A DNA stretch of 64,000 nt from Heptranchias perlo (Eukaryota). Both the position numbers and the translations under genes were made by a program. The notes beneath the pieces are model-generated. The model saw nothing but the letters and a program-made list of their open reading frames with translations, made no database searches and was not told the DNA's origin. Positions 48,126 to 60,245 of this stretch are shown one piece after another. Where the stretch lies: assembly GCF_035084215.1 (NCBI RefSeq), contig NC_090356.1:13206001-13270000 (forward strand), in the 5' to 3' direction. Every line of letters starts with the position of its first letter. Position 1 is the first letter of the stretch.

Positions 48126-48714
48126 TGGCAGTCTTGTTAAATGAGTATTGTGCTCATTTTCACAGTGGAAGACAAAGGACAATATATCAGTGGTAAAAGG
48201 GAACTTAAAAATAAGTCAAGGGGAGGAACTTGGTGGATTTAATATAAGTAAAATAAATTATAATAGGGCTTAAGAGAGACAAATCTCCAGAACCTGGGAA
48301 TTAAAAGAAATGTGAAGAAATTGCAGATGCTTTGGTCATAATTTTCCAATGCTCTAGATTCTGGAATTGTGCCTTTGGATTGGAAAATTGCAAATGTCAT
48401 TCCAATATTTCAAGAAGGGAGGGAGAGAGAAACCAGGAAAGTACAGGCCTGTCAGTTTAATATCAAATGTGGGGAAGTTACTAGAATCTATCATCAGAGA
48501 CAGTGACTGAGCACTTGGATAGGTATCAGTTGAGCAAAGAGTCAATGTGGATTTGTGAAGGATAGGTCAAGTTTTGACTAATCTAGTTGAATTTTTTGAG
48601 GAGGTCACTGGCATAGTGGATAGGGGAGTGTCTGCGGATGTTATCTATATGGACATTCAGAAGGCATTTGATAAGGTTTGGCACAAGAGATTATTAGCAA
48701 AATGAGAGCTCAAT

Positions 48715-49045
48715 TTTGTGTGCAAATCCCTTCATGGCCTGCCCCTACCTATCTCTCTTCCTACAACCTTCCAAGAACTTTACATCCCTTTAACTCTGGC
48801 CCATTACGCACCCCCACTTCCCTCACACCGCCATTGGCAGCTTTGCCTTCAGCCATCTAAGCTCTGGAATTCCCTCCCTAAACCTCTTTAACTCTCTCCC
48901 CTCCTTTTAGACCATCATTAAAATCTACCTCTTTGACCAAGCTTTTAGTCACTTCTAATATCTCCTCCTTTGCTCGGTGTCAATTTATGTCTGATTACGC
49001 TTCTGTGAAGTGCCTTGGGACATTTTCCTACATTAAAGGCATTTA
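48715..49045 (+). mobile_element. L2-type LINE 3' fragment
   Basis: ctctggaattccctccctaaacctct...ctctttgaccaagcttttagtcac...gtgaagtgccttgggacatttt. Confidence 0.65.
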
Positions 49046-51919
49046 GATCTAGTTGTTCCGTTTTATGCAGCACCCCTCCAGTTTAGTATCATCTGTTTTC
49101 TCTCAAATCATTTATTTACAATGTAAATAATAAGGGCCCCAGCACTGATTCCTGGGGCTCCCATTGATCACCACCTTCCATTCTGATACGGTTCGAAGTA
49201 CAACTACGATTTGCATCCTCTGAATTTTTGATGCACTCTAGAAGCTTGTCACTTCCACACTTGCTAACCTTGTGGACCAATTTACTGTGCAGTACTGCCT
49301 CAACACACTGTGTGAGCCTAGACAATGAATGTCAGTAGGTTATTAGTTTGTCTCACATGCACTTTTCAGCAGAGATCATTAAATAGGAACAAAACCCCTT
49401 CCTAGCTCTGAGGCTATATATATTTCTGGGTGCAGCTGGATCAAAGTAGGTGGTCCTAAAGTGACCATAGGACACCGCTGTAGGCCTCCAGGTCAGGGGG
49501 TTAACCAGGCGAGATACTTTGTGCAAATATTAAAAGGGTACAGAACTAGGTAGAGTATGTATGATGGGGCATTTTAATGACCAAGGTTATTCAGTGGTAT
49601 GATAGTGGTCAGCCAAGTATTGAGGATGGTAGGACTGAGATATTTGTGAGTAATTAATGATTGTTTTATCAAACAGCATGTGAGAGAATACTAGGGAAAA
49701 TCAATTATTGGACTTAACCTTTAGCAGTAGCCCTGAGATGGTACCTGACACTCATTTGGTGGAATATATGGGGAACGGTGATCATATCAGATTTAAGCTG
49801 ATTAGCCAAGTCACTACTGCAAATCATTTAATGTTAGTACCAGATTTGCTAAATTTACAAGAATGTGGACTCAAGTAAAGTGGATTGAGGAGTTGGGGGT
49901 GGGGGGGGGGGTGGCACGGGTACTAGATGGTGATCACAGCAGAGCAGATGACAAATGGAGGGCTTTTAAAAACATCTTTATATTCAAGGAAGCCATATAT
50001 GTCCCTCAGATTAAAAGGAAGATGCATGGTAAAATGAAACCAGAATGGCTTGATTGTGATGTTCAAAGACAAACTAAAGCAAAAGTATTTTACCATACAC
50101 AAGAAAAATAGTTCTCAAGAAAATAAGGATAAAAACATGATGTAAAACAGGATTCTGGAAAAAAGAAAAGAAAGACTTGCATTTATATGGTGCCTTTCAC
50201 AACCTCAGGACATCCCAAAGCGCTTTACAGCCACTTTTGAAGTGTAGTCACTTTTGTAATGTAGGAAACCTGCCAGCCAATTTGTGCACAGTAAGGTCCC
50301 ACAAACAGCAATGTGACAATGACCAGATAATCTGTTTTTTAGTGATGTTGGTTGAGAGATAAATATTGGTCAGAATAGGTATGGCAATGATTGCAAGTCC
50401 TTTTTTCAGTTATGTTACAATTCAGAAAGTGACCAAGGACCACATGGCTCTTGAAGGATCCTACAGGCCATATTAAGGTACAGTGCCAAGATATGGCTGA
50501 GGGATCCTGCAGGGCAAATTTAGGTATGGCTGAGGTGTTAATGGTGGTTACTTTGTATCTGTTTTCACTATCAAAGATGATGGCTGAGTTGCCTGAGCTG
50601 ATAGATAGATGTGATGTAAATTGAACCCATTGAAGTTGATGTAGAATTAATCTTGGCTAGGATTAGGACTCAAGCCGAATTAGGATGCTTCCCTAATGAC
50701 ATTCACCCTGTCATGTATTATGCCAGTTGTTGCCTTACATTTTTAGCAATTTTTTGAGGTCTAGGATTATTCCATGGAATGTAGGAGCTATAGAAGGTAG
50801 ATGGGGTTAGCATTGACTCGTTTTATCAGTTACTACAGTGTCCTGGAGCTTGCTGAATTTTTTTTCCTTTTATTTTGCCTTTCCCAGGAGATTGCGGGAC
50901 TGACAGGATGGGTTGATGGTTCACATAATGCTGCACCATTTCTGAATGGGACAGGTTGGATGGACCAGCTGTTTTTTTCTAGCTTTTTTTGTATATTTGT
51001 ATATTCCTATGCCACCCAAGTGGACATTAGCTAATTCTGGATAGACCTAGGATCAAACTTGGGAACTTCCTGATTTATTAGGCTCAGTTATTTACTGGAT
51101 AGACTCACTAAGGCTTACCTCTTCCCTCCCTGCTATGAAAAGCCTTCCAAAAACTTTCCTTTTCACCTGCTTTTTCAACTATCTTCAAATTTCTTTTCTA
51201 CTAGTTCTTCCATCCTGCTTGGTGTATATATTCTTCACTGCTTTGAAACATTCTGAGATGTCTTTCTGACAGTAGGTACGCCAAATAAATGCAGGTCCTT
51301 GTTGAGCCATTGGGAGATCTTGGGGATATAATTTAAAATTGCAAAAAGGCTTTATGCTAACAGAAAAGTGGGGTTATGCCAAAGCAGGGCCACTAGGTGG
51401 CAGGATATGCTGATGGTTTTGTTTTTCTATCAAGAAACTAGCAAATTAATTTTGCCTCATATAAAAGGACCCCAATGATTGGAGATTTTGGATGAAGAGA
51501 CCTTTAGAACAAAATATTTAAAATGTAATTCATTTAATTTTTGTGTGTAAGTAAAATCTGTCATTTTGTAAATGTAATCTTGATGTTGTTAGATAAAGGA
51601 AAGGAAAGAGTTTGCTTTTATATAGCGCCTCAGGACATCCCAAACATTTGAGTCCTCCATGTTCGGTGAAAAAGCAGAGACATTATTTTTTGGAAGTTGG
51701 GGCACCCTTTACCCACTGAGCTACTTTTCCAACCTTCTTCCTCAAAGTACTGCTCCTACCCTCACCAAGCTTTTTTCCACCTCCCACCTGCTGAAGTACT
51801 TTTATAAATCCCTCTGTCGAGATACGTTTCCAACCCCCCAGCAGAGAGAATGTTTCACCCCTCCCCCCACTGAAGTATTTTTCTTACTTCCCCCTACAGA
51901 AGTAGTTTCCTGGCTACTC

Positions 51920-52110
51920 CCGGCCTCTTTCCATTCTCTCCTTCCCTCCTGCCCCTCTCCTCATTCTCACCCTCCAGTTCCTCATCCTTCCTCTTCCCTC
52001 CCTCCTTCCATTCTTCCCTGCTTCCCTCCTCTCCACTTTCTCCTCTCCCCCAAGCCCTTTCCTCTCCTCTTACCCTCCTTCCTCTATCTTGGTTAATTAA
52101 TCTCTCTTCC
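51920..52110. repeat. Polypyrimidine low-complexity tract
   Basis: About 190 nt almost entirely C/T on the + strand. Confidence 0.8.
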
Positions 52111-53099
52111 CTTTAATCTTGCTTAATCTGAAGACAACACTTAGCCTTGACTACCCATGTGCAATGCCATGGGAGATTGACCAGTTATATTAAATTATTA
52201 TAAATAAAGCATTAACTAGGAACTTACCAAATTGTTGTTTAAATTCTGAAATCTTTGTGTTGTTATTGCATATGTGCATGCATCTCATTACGAACGATGT
52301 GACAACGGTGAGTTATGAAAAGTATATTGGTGTTTTGAATCATATTTTGTTCCACACCAATTTAATCCAAATCACTTTAATGCAACGCACTGCAATCCAC
52401 ATTCAAATATAAATCAGAGATGCTGGAAGAGATAGTATCATTAAAATCATAATCAGCAATGTAATGATTCCCATGGACAGACTGACTCACAAATGCTGGG
52501 ATAATAGTGCAACCATGACCTGACTGTCAAAGCATATTGCAATATAGGCCTGAACTGCTACCTTCAAAACTGTAATGCAACTTCCCATTTTTAGGATGTT
52601 GACATCAATGACATCCAGTATAACTTCCCTAAACTATAAAACTTAATGCTGATGCTTCCATGATGGCTCCGTGAGTTTACCCAATGAATAGACCAGGAAT
52701 ATTGCACGTTAAACCTCTGTGCTGAGTTAGCTGATCTCAGCCAGATTGGTTGGGGCAAAGCAAATGGCTTCAATGCCCTGGAATTGGAAGGGGAAGTTCA
52801 GCTATAGTTTCCACTCCTGATTGTTATTCGGTTATTTCTGCTGAAAATATCTGTATATAGAGGATGGGAGAGGATAGGATCAGGTTCAGCTATGATGTCT
52901 CCCATAGTCAAATAGGCTACCAACACTCAACATCAAGGCTTACCCAACAATAATGGTTACATCAGTGAGATACTAAAGGGTAACTCGTCCCTGTGGAACT
53001 GTGTCCTAGCAAAGATCAATGCCTTCAGCAGAAGAGGTGAGGAGAGAAAATTTGTAGAGAAAACTGGTGAGAAATTTTAAAATGTGATTATGGAATACA

Positions 53100-53375
53100 T
53101 TAGTAACATAGGAAAATAAATAGTTCCTTCAGTCCCTCATGGCTGATCTGTACTTCAACTCCATTTACTTGCCTTTGCTCCATATGCCTTGATACCCTTA
53201 CTTAATAAAAATCTAACCATCTCAGTCTTGAAAATTTAAGTTGACCCAGCATTCACAGTCTTTTTGGGGGGAGAGTGTTCCGGATTCCCACTACCCTTTG
53301 TGTGAGAAAAAGTGCTTTCTGATTTCACTTCTGAATGTCATAGCTCTAATTTTAAGATTAAGCCACCTTTTTCTG
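53100..53375 (-). mobile_element. CR1 3' fragment
   Basis: Reverse complement of 40500-40730-like sequence (ttcacacaaagggtagtgg.aatc.ggaac.ctct.ccccaaaaag). Confidence 0.75.
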
Positions 53376-53939
53376 GAAGGATGGATTCCAAGCAGGATTT
53401 GGAGGAGTTCCCTCAGATACGTCTGCGTATGTAAAGGAATTTTATCATTGGAAACGAGCCGGCAAAGTCAACTCAGAACAAGTATTATTTATAAGGTAAA
53501 CAAATTGGTTTGTCAGTGTAGCAATTCCACCCCCAACACCAACACCCCCCCTCAACCACGATCGGTAGTCTTGATTAAAGCATTTATCAGAAATACAAAT
53601 GATACAAGTAGTTTTGAAAATGTTCTAGTTTTTAAGTAAAACACGACGCAAAATTCAATGTAAAAACAATACTCCCATAGTGATATTTTAAAACCAGTAA
53701 AATCTAGTTTGCTTTCTTTAGTTTTAATTTGGATGAAAGCTAATCATATATTCAAATTTATTTATCGTTAACTTGTTGTACACTATATAAAGCTAATGAG
53801 TGAACTGTTAATTTCCTTCAAAACTGTTTTAGGAAATTGAATATTCCGAGTTGCATTCTGCCAAGTTCGATCAAAACATGTAACTGCATTAAAAATGTTA
53901 ACCAATGTACAATTAATGAACCGGAAAAGATATAAAGTG

Positions 53940-54630
53940 ATTGCAAAAAGCCACCGAGGAAAAACGACGCAACGCCTTAAGTCAGAGAGGAAGCTTCAGT
54001 TTCATCAAAAGAGAAATGAAATGAAATGAGGTGAGAGAAGAGACTAAACGCCAGGCGTCGCGCAAGGGTCCGAATTAACAGTAACACGCTCCTGAAACCG
54101 CTCTATGTGGGTCAGCGAGGCGCTCCCTCCAATTACAGCTTCCCCCGAAATCATTAGCCCCAGTCTGCCGAGTGCGGCGTCCTGACAGCGGCAGGAAAGA
54201 GGAAGAAGTCCCCGTCCCCAAATGGCAGGTCAGTGAAAATGAAGCATTTTCGGTTTTTGGTTTATAACAAGCGAGTGGGATTTTCCGCTTGTGTGTGAAA
54301 TGCGCGGTGTTAAGCGGCAGTGAGCGGACATGTCGCTGGTGTGGGTGAGGGCGGGAGGGGGATGAAGCCAGGCCGCCGAAAGAGGCCTCGAGTCCTCACC
54401 GTCTTGTCAGCGAGTTGTCGCCTTTTGGCACAATTACAGCAAAGTGGAAACAGATTTCCGATTTACCAGATGTTTTCTGTCGGGGAACGTTCATTACTTA
54501 ATTGGATTAAAAAAAAACCAAATGTCAAAGGCTGATGGTGAAAACCCGATAAACTCACGAGGTCATGGGGAACCCCGTCAATATATTTTTAATTTTTTTT
54601 CTAAAATTAAAGTGACCGCGGTAAGTTCTA
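53940..54630 (+). promoter_or_regulatory. CpG-rich promoter and probable first exon(s) of a downstream gene
   Basis: Abrupt CpG enrichment in non-repetitive DNA; candidate donors CAG|GTCAGT (54229) and GCG|GTAAGT (54621). No recognisable coding exon follows inside the window. Confidence 0.6.
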
Positions 54631-56069
54631 ATGGTTAATACGGCAGTGAGGAGAATCCCACAGAGCGGTAGGGGTGGGAAGAGGCCTCTCCTCAATGTAT
54701 CACTGGGTAGCTGTCTTTATCGATATATGGTTGGACTGAGGGTAGTGGACCCGGTCGCCTTCTGCATGGACAAACATATTTTGTATGTATGTGTATTTAT
54801 ATATAAATAAATAAAATCCATCAACTATGCCACCTTTATGTGTTTTTTTTGAGGATGATAGTTGAGGTTGGTCAACTTTGTCAGATGTCAGTGATATTAA
54901 TTTGTGACACTCTGTAGTTTCTTCTGTATAAAGTTGTTTTTCTTCTTCAAAATACCATTTTTCTTGTCCGCTGTGCAGCAGATTGGGGTTACAGAGTTGT
55001 AGCTTGGCCCATTCATCCCTTTGGGTTTGTCATACTGATGAATGAGTAAAATTATTTAATTCAAAGGTAATGTGAAACCTGAATTAAAAAGCACCTTTCT
55101 CTGCACATGGAGAAAATGAAGGTTGACCGCTCCATGGAGAGATGTGAAGTTTACAGTATAAAAGCTGACCTCTAACTCTGCATAAGTTGAAAGCTGACCT
55201 AAGGATGGACATTTTACGGCAGTTGCAAACTTCTGCTACCTGACTTTAAAACAGAAAACGTGACTTTCCTGAGAGCGAAATGTGACAGTCAGTATTAATA
55301 ATGGATAGATTGTAGCAGAGTCTTGAGGCTTTGCTTGTTCTGTTTGGCTTCAAAGTTTAAAAAAATCAGCATCAAAGCCCTGTTCTAGCCTAATAGTATG
55401 TTGTTTGTACTTCATTCAGCCAAATACAGTTTACATGGCTGGAAGCTTGCTCACTGAATTGGCATTTTAGTATAATTGCCCACTTGATTTAGATTGATAG
55501 CTGTTGCATCAAAGCTCAATTTTGTTAGACCAGGGTTTGAAATAAGGATTGTGGGCCCATTTGACAACAGGATCCATAACTCAAAATAATAGTGAACTTG
55601 TGGGTTTTTACAACAGTCCTGCAGCTTTCATAGTCATTTTATCTTGTGCCAGCCTACAAATTATCAGATTTATTGAATTCGCAACTTGATATGGTGGGAT
55701 TTGTCGACACAACCTCTGGTTTGCTAGTTCAGCACCACATCTGCTATACCAGGGTACCCAATATTCCCTAGTGTTAAGTTACAGAGTGCCATAGGTAAAG
55801 GTAAGTTGTCCAGTCCAATGAAGGGGAAGAAATTAGCAAATTTATTGGTGATGTTTTAACAGACCGCTGTTGATTTCCTGTCGTTAGACTCCTAATTTTA
55901 TTTCTTGGCAAAAATCTCTCCTTTAACGAATAGATTTTAAACTACAAGTATAGTTAATTGAAATGAAAAATGTGATAAAAGTTGGATAAAGATGTAAGAA
56001 AACATGGAGAAATGATCCTGTGGGCCATCAAGCCGGTAAGCCAGTTCCTTCTGCAGATCCTGTACAATT

Positions 56070-56446
56070 TGGGTGTGGTAGTGTAGTGGTTATGATACTG
56101 GACCCCCAACCCACAGCAAGCTGTGAAATTAAATTCAATAGATCTGGTAATTTGTGGGCTACCATCAGAAAAAAAGACCCAAGATTACTGGGTTTAAAAA
56201 CTCAACTGATTCACTGAAGCCCCTCAGGGAAGGGAACCCACACCCCACCAAGTCTGGTCTGCATGTGATTTTAGTCCCACACAATGTGGTTTTCTCTTAA
56301 TACCACCTGAAGTGGTCTAGCCGGCTACTCAGCTATAAAACAAGTCTCTAAAGAAGAAGGTCCACCATCAACTTATCAGAGCAACCAGGAATGTGCAATA
56401 AAATGGCTTTGCCAATGTCGCCCACATCCCAAGAGCAAAAAAAAAT
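56070..56446 (+). mobile_element. tRNA-headed SINE with LINE-derived tail and poly(A)
   Basis: Head ggtagtgtagtggttatgatactggac; tail gcaataaaatggctttgccaatgtcgcccacatcccaagagc(A)9. Confidence 0.7.
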
Positions 56447-57015
56447 TGCTTTATTGTGGATTCAACTCAATTTATTTTGTAATCCTTTTTTTATTCATCC
56501 CTAAATGATCCCTGCATTGCTCTCCTTGTTCTGTTAGAGGCTGAAAAAGGACAGGCCTTCTTATAAAATGGTGCACTTAGATTTTTCAGGTGTGCATCTT
56601 GGACTGCATTTCTTCCTTTTGATACTGATTGTGACCAGGGGACTTCAGTTGAATGTTGATGAAATACAGAATATTTGTGACCATCCATTTGCATCAATGC
56701 CAAAGCAATAATTGTTTTGCTACCAAGCATATTTAATTTATGGTTGTCGATGAATGTGGTTAACTGTATTTGCCAGTTTCCTTGTGCATTAGTCTCTGGT
56801 ATCTAATTGAAATTGTTCGGTTGCAGCAAGTGTATAGTGCAGCCTGCATGGTTATAAAAATATGTTTTCAATGTCTGACTTCTGTGCACTTTTAAATTGT
56901 ACTTGCACATCTCCTATGGCATTGCTCATGGTAAATTTGAGGGTACGTTGTTCTGATGCGTGACCATGCAGATATTTTTCTTGGTTTTGTCTTTGTGGTA
57001 TAAATATATATTATA

Positions 57016-57339
57016 TTTGAACAACTGAGTGGCTTGCTAGGCCATATCAGAGGGCAATTAAGAATCAACCACATTGCTGTGGGTCTGGAGTCACATATAG
57101 GCCAGACCGGCAGGTTTCCTTCCCTAAAGGGGATTAGTGAACCAGATGGGTTTTTACAACAATCCAGTAGTTTCATGGCCACCATTACTGATACTAGTAT
57201 TTTAATTTCAGATTTTTATTTAATTAATTGAATTTAAATTCCCCAGCTGCTGTGGTGGGATTTGAACTTATCACACCGAATTATTAGTCCGGGCCTCTGG
57301 ATTACTAGTCTAGTAACATAACCACTATGCTACTGCATC
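57016..57339 (-). mobile_element. tRNA-like head segment (SINE body or inverted 5' end of the adjacent LINE)
   Basis: The - strand begins GTAGCATAGTGGTTATGTTACTAGACTAGTAATCCAGAGG...AAGTTCAAATCCCACC (A-box/B-box like) and lacks the SINE tail. Confidence 0.75.
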
Positions 57340-60245
57340 CAGTTGTACAAACTTGCTAAAAAAAAAGTCATAATAAGAATAAAACCGGACAGACCACCTG
57401 GCATCGAACCACTAGGCACCGGACACGACAAAGGCAAACCAAGCCCAGTCGACCCTGCAAAGACCTCCTCACTAACATCTGGAGACTAGTATCAAAATTG
57501 GGAGAGCTGTCCCACAGACTAGTCAAGCAACAGCCTGACATAGCCATACTCATAGAATCATACCTTTCAGCCAACGTCACAAACTCTTCCATCACCGTAC
57601 CTGGGTATGTCCTATTCCACCGGCAGGAGACTCACCAGAGGTGGCGGTACAGTGATAGTCAGGAGGGAGTGGCCCTGGGAGTCCTCAACGATGACTCCGG
57701 ACCCTATGAAATCTCATGGCATCAGGTCAAACATGGGCAAGGAAACCTCCTGCTGATTACCACCTACCGTCCTCCCTCAGCTGATGAATCAGTCCTCCTC
57801 CATGTTGAACACCACTTGGAGGAAGCACTGAGGGTAGCAAGGGCACAGAATGTACTCTGGGTGGGGGACTTCAATGTCCATCACCAAGAGTGGCTCAGTG
57901 GCACCACTGTTGACCGAGCTGGCTGAGTCCTGAAGGATATAGCTGCCAGACTGGGCCTGCAGCAGTTGGTGAGCAAACCAACACATCCTCACCAATCTAC
58001 CTGTCGCAAATGCATCCATCCATGACAGTATTGGTAGGAGTGACCACCGCACAGTCCTCGTGGAGATGAAGTCCCGTCTTCGCACTGAGGACACCATCCA
58101 ACGTGTTGTGTGGCACTATCACCGTGCTAAATGGGATAGATTCAGAACAGATCTAGCAGCTCAAAACTGGGCATCCATGAGGCGCTGTGGGCCATCAGCA
58201 GCAGCAGAATTGTATTCCAGCACAATCTGTAACCTCGTGGCCCGGCATATTTCCTCACTCTACCATTACCAACAACCCTGGTTCAATGAGTGTAGAAGAG
58301 CATGCCAGGAGCAGCACCAGGTGTACCTAAAAATGAGGTGCCAACCTGGCGAAGCTACAACTCAGGACTACATGCATGCTAATCAGCGGAAGCAACATGC
58401 TATAGACAGAGCTAAGCGATTCCACAACCAACGGATCAGATCAAAGCTCTGCAGTCCTGCCACATCCAGTCGTGAATGGAGGTGAACAATTAAACAGCTA
58501 ACAGAAGGAGGAGGCTCTGTAAACATCCCCATCCTCAATGATGGTGGAGTCCAGCATGTGAGTGCAAAAGACAAGGCTGAAGCGTCTGCAACCATCTTCA
58601 GCCAGAAGTGCCGAGTGGATGATCCATCTCGGCCTCCTCCCGATATCCCCATCATCACAGAAGCCAGTCTTCAGCCAATTTGATTCACTCCATGTGATAT
58701 CAAGAAACGGCTGAGTGTACTGGATACAGCAAAGACAACATCCCGGCTGTAGTGCTGAAGACTTGTGCTCCAGAACTAGTTGCGCCTCTAGCCAAACTGT
58801 TCCAATATAGCTACAACACTGGCATCCACCCGCCAATGTGGAAAATTGCCCAGGTATGTCCTGTCTACAAAAAGCAGGACAAATCCAATGCAGCCAATTA
58901 CCACCCCATCAGTCTACTCTCAATCATCAGCAAAGTGATGGAAGGTGTCATCGACAGTGCTACAAAGCGGCACTTACCAATAACCTGCTCACCGATGCTC
59001 TGTTTGGGTTCTGCCAGGACCACTCAGCTCCAGACCTCATTACAGCCTTGGTCCAAACATGGACAAAAGAGCTGAATTCCAGAGGTGAGGTGAGAGTGAC
59101 TGCCCTTGACATCAAGGCACCAAGGAGCCCTAGTAAAATTGAAGCCAATGGGAATTAGGGGGAAAACGTTCCAGTGGCTGGAGTCATATCTAGCACAAAG
59201 GAAGATGGTAGTGGTTGTTGGAGGCCAATTATCTCAGCCCCAGGACATTGCTGCAGGAGTTCCTCAGGGCAGTGTCCTAGGTCCAACCATCTTCAGCTGC
59301 TTCATCAATGACCTTTCCTCCATCATAAGGTCAGAAATGGGGATGTTCACTGATGATTGCACAGTGTTCAGTTCCATTCGCAACCCCTCAGATAATGAAG
59401 CAGTCCGTGTCCGCATGCAGCAAGACCTGGACAACATCCAGGCTTGGGCTGATAAGTGGCAAGTAACATTTGCGCCAGACAAGTGCCAGGCAATGACCAT
59501 CTCTAACAAGAGAGAGTCTAACCACCTTCCCTTGACATTCAACGGCATTACCATCGCCGAATTCCCCACCATCAACATCCTGGGGGTCACCATTGACCAG
59601 AAACTTAATTGGACCAGCCACAAAAATACTGTGGCTACGAGAGCAGGTCAGAGGCTGGGTATTTTGCGGCGAGTAACTCACCTCCTGACTCCCCAAAGCC
59701 TTTCCACCATCTCCAAGGCACAAGTCTGGAGTGTGATGGAATACTCTTCACTTGCCTGGATGAGTGCAGCTCCAACAACACTCGAAGCTCGATATCATCC
59801 AGGACAAAGCAGCCTGCTTGATTGGCACTCCATTCACGACCCTAAACATTCACTCCCTTCACCAGCGCACTGTGGCTGCAGTGTGTACCATCCACAGGAT
59901 GCACTGCAGCAACTCGCCAAAGCTTCTTTGACAGCACCTCCCAAACTCGAGACCTCTACCACCTAGAAGGACAAGAGCAGCAGGCACATGGGAACACCAC
60001 CACCTGCACGTTCCCCTCCAAGTCACACACCATCCCGACTTGGAAATATATCGCCATTCCTTCATCGTCGCTGGGTCAAAATCCTGGAACTCCCTTCCTA
60101 ACAGCACTGTGGGAGAACCTTCACCACACAGACTGCAGCGGTTCAAGAAGGCGGCTCACCACCTTCTCAAGGGCAATTAGGGATGGGCAATAAATGCTGG
60201 CCTCGCCAGTGACGCCCACATCCCATGAATGAATTTAAAAAAAAA
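57340..60245 (+). mobile_element. Near-full-length ORF2 LINE (APE + RT; CR1/L2-group), inactivated
   Basis: QQPDIAILIESYL, YRPPS, GDFNVHH, SDHRTVL (APE); [32 protein letters not shown] (RT); multiple stops and frameshifts; 3' tail ...cccacatcccatgaatgaattt(A)9. Confidence 0.93.

Larger units (their letters stand above)
46700..48712 (+). mobile_element. Old CR1 LINE interrupted by two younger LINE pieces
   Basis: 48330-48680 reads DWKIANVIPIFKKGGREKPGKYRPVSL and DVIYMDIQKAFDKV; 46700-47130 looks like the upstream ORF2 part. Confidence 0.7.

Noticed and set aside
51659-52096. 145-aa Pro/Leu/Ser-rich ORF
   Set aside because: Product of a C/T low-complexity tract; no domain or splice support.
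55010-55050. CTGATGA as another hammerhead or box C/D snoRNA
   Set aside because: No stem II followed by GAAA, and no convincing C/D box pair with a terminal stem.
57240-57339. tRNA gene
   Set aside because: A/B-box-like sequence but no complete cloverleaf; it continues into a repeat body found several times in the window.
57498-59966. Endonuclease/RT ORFs as functional genes
   Set aside because: Fragments of one LINE ORF2 broken by stops, frameshifts and deletions.
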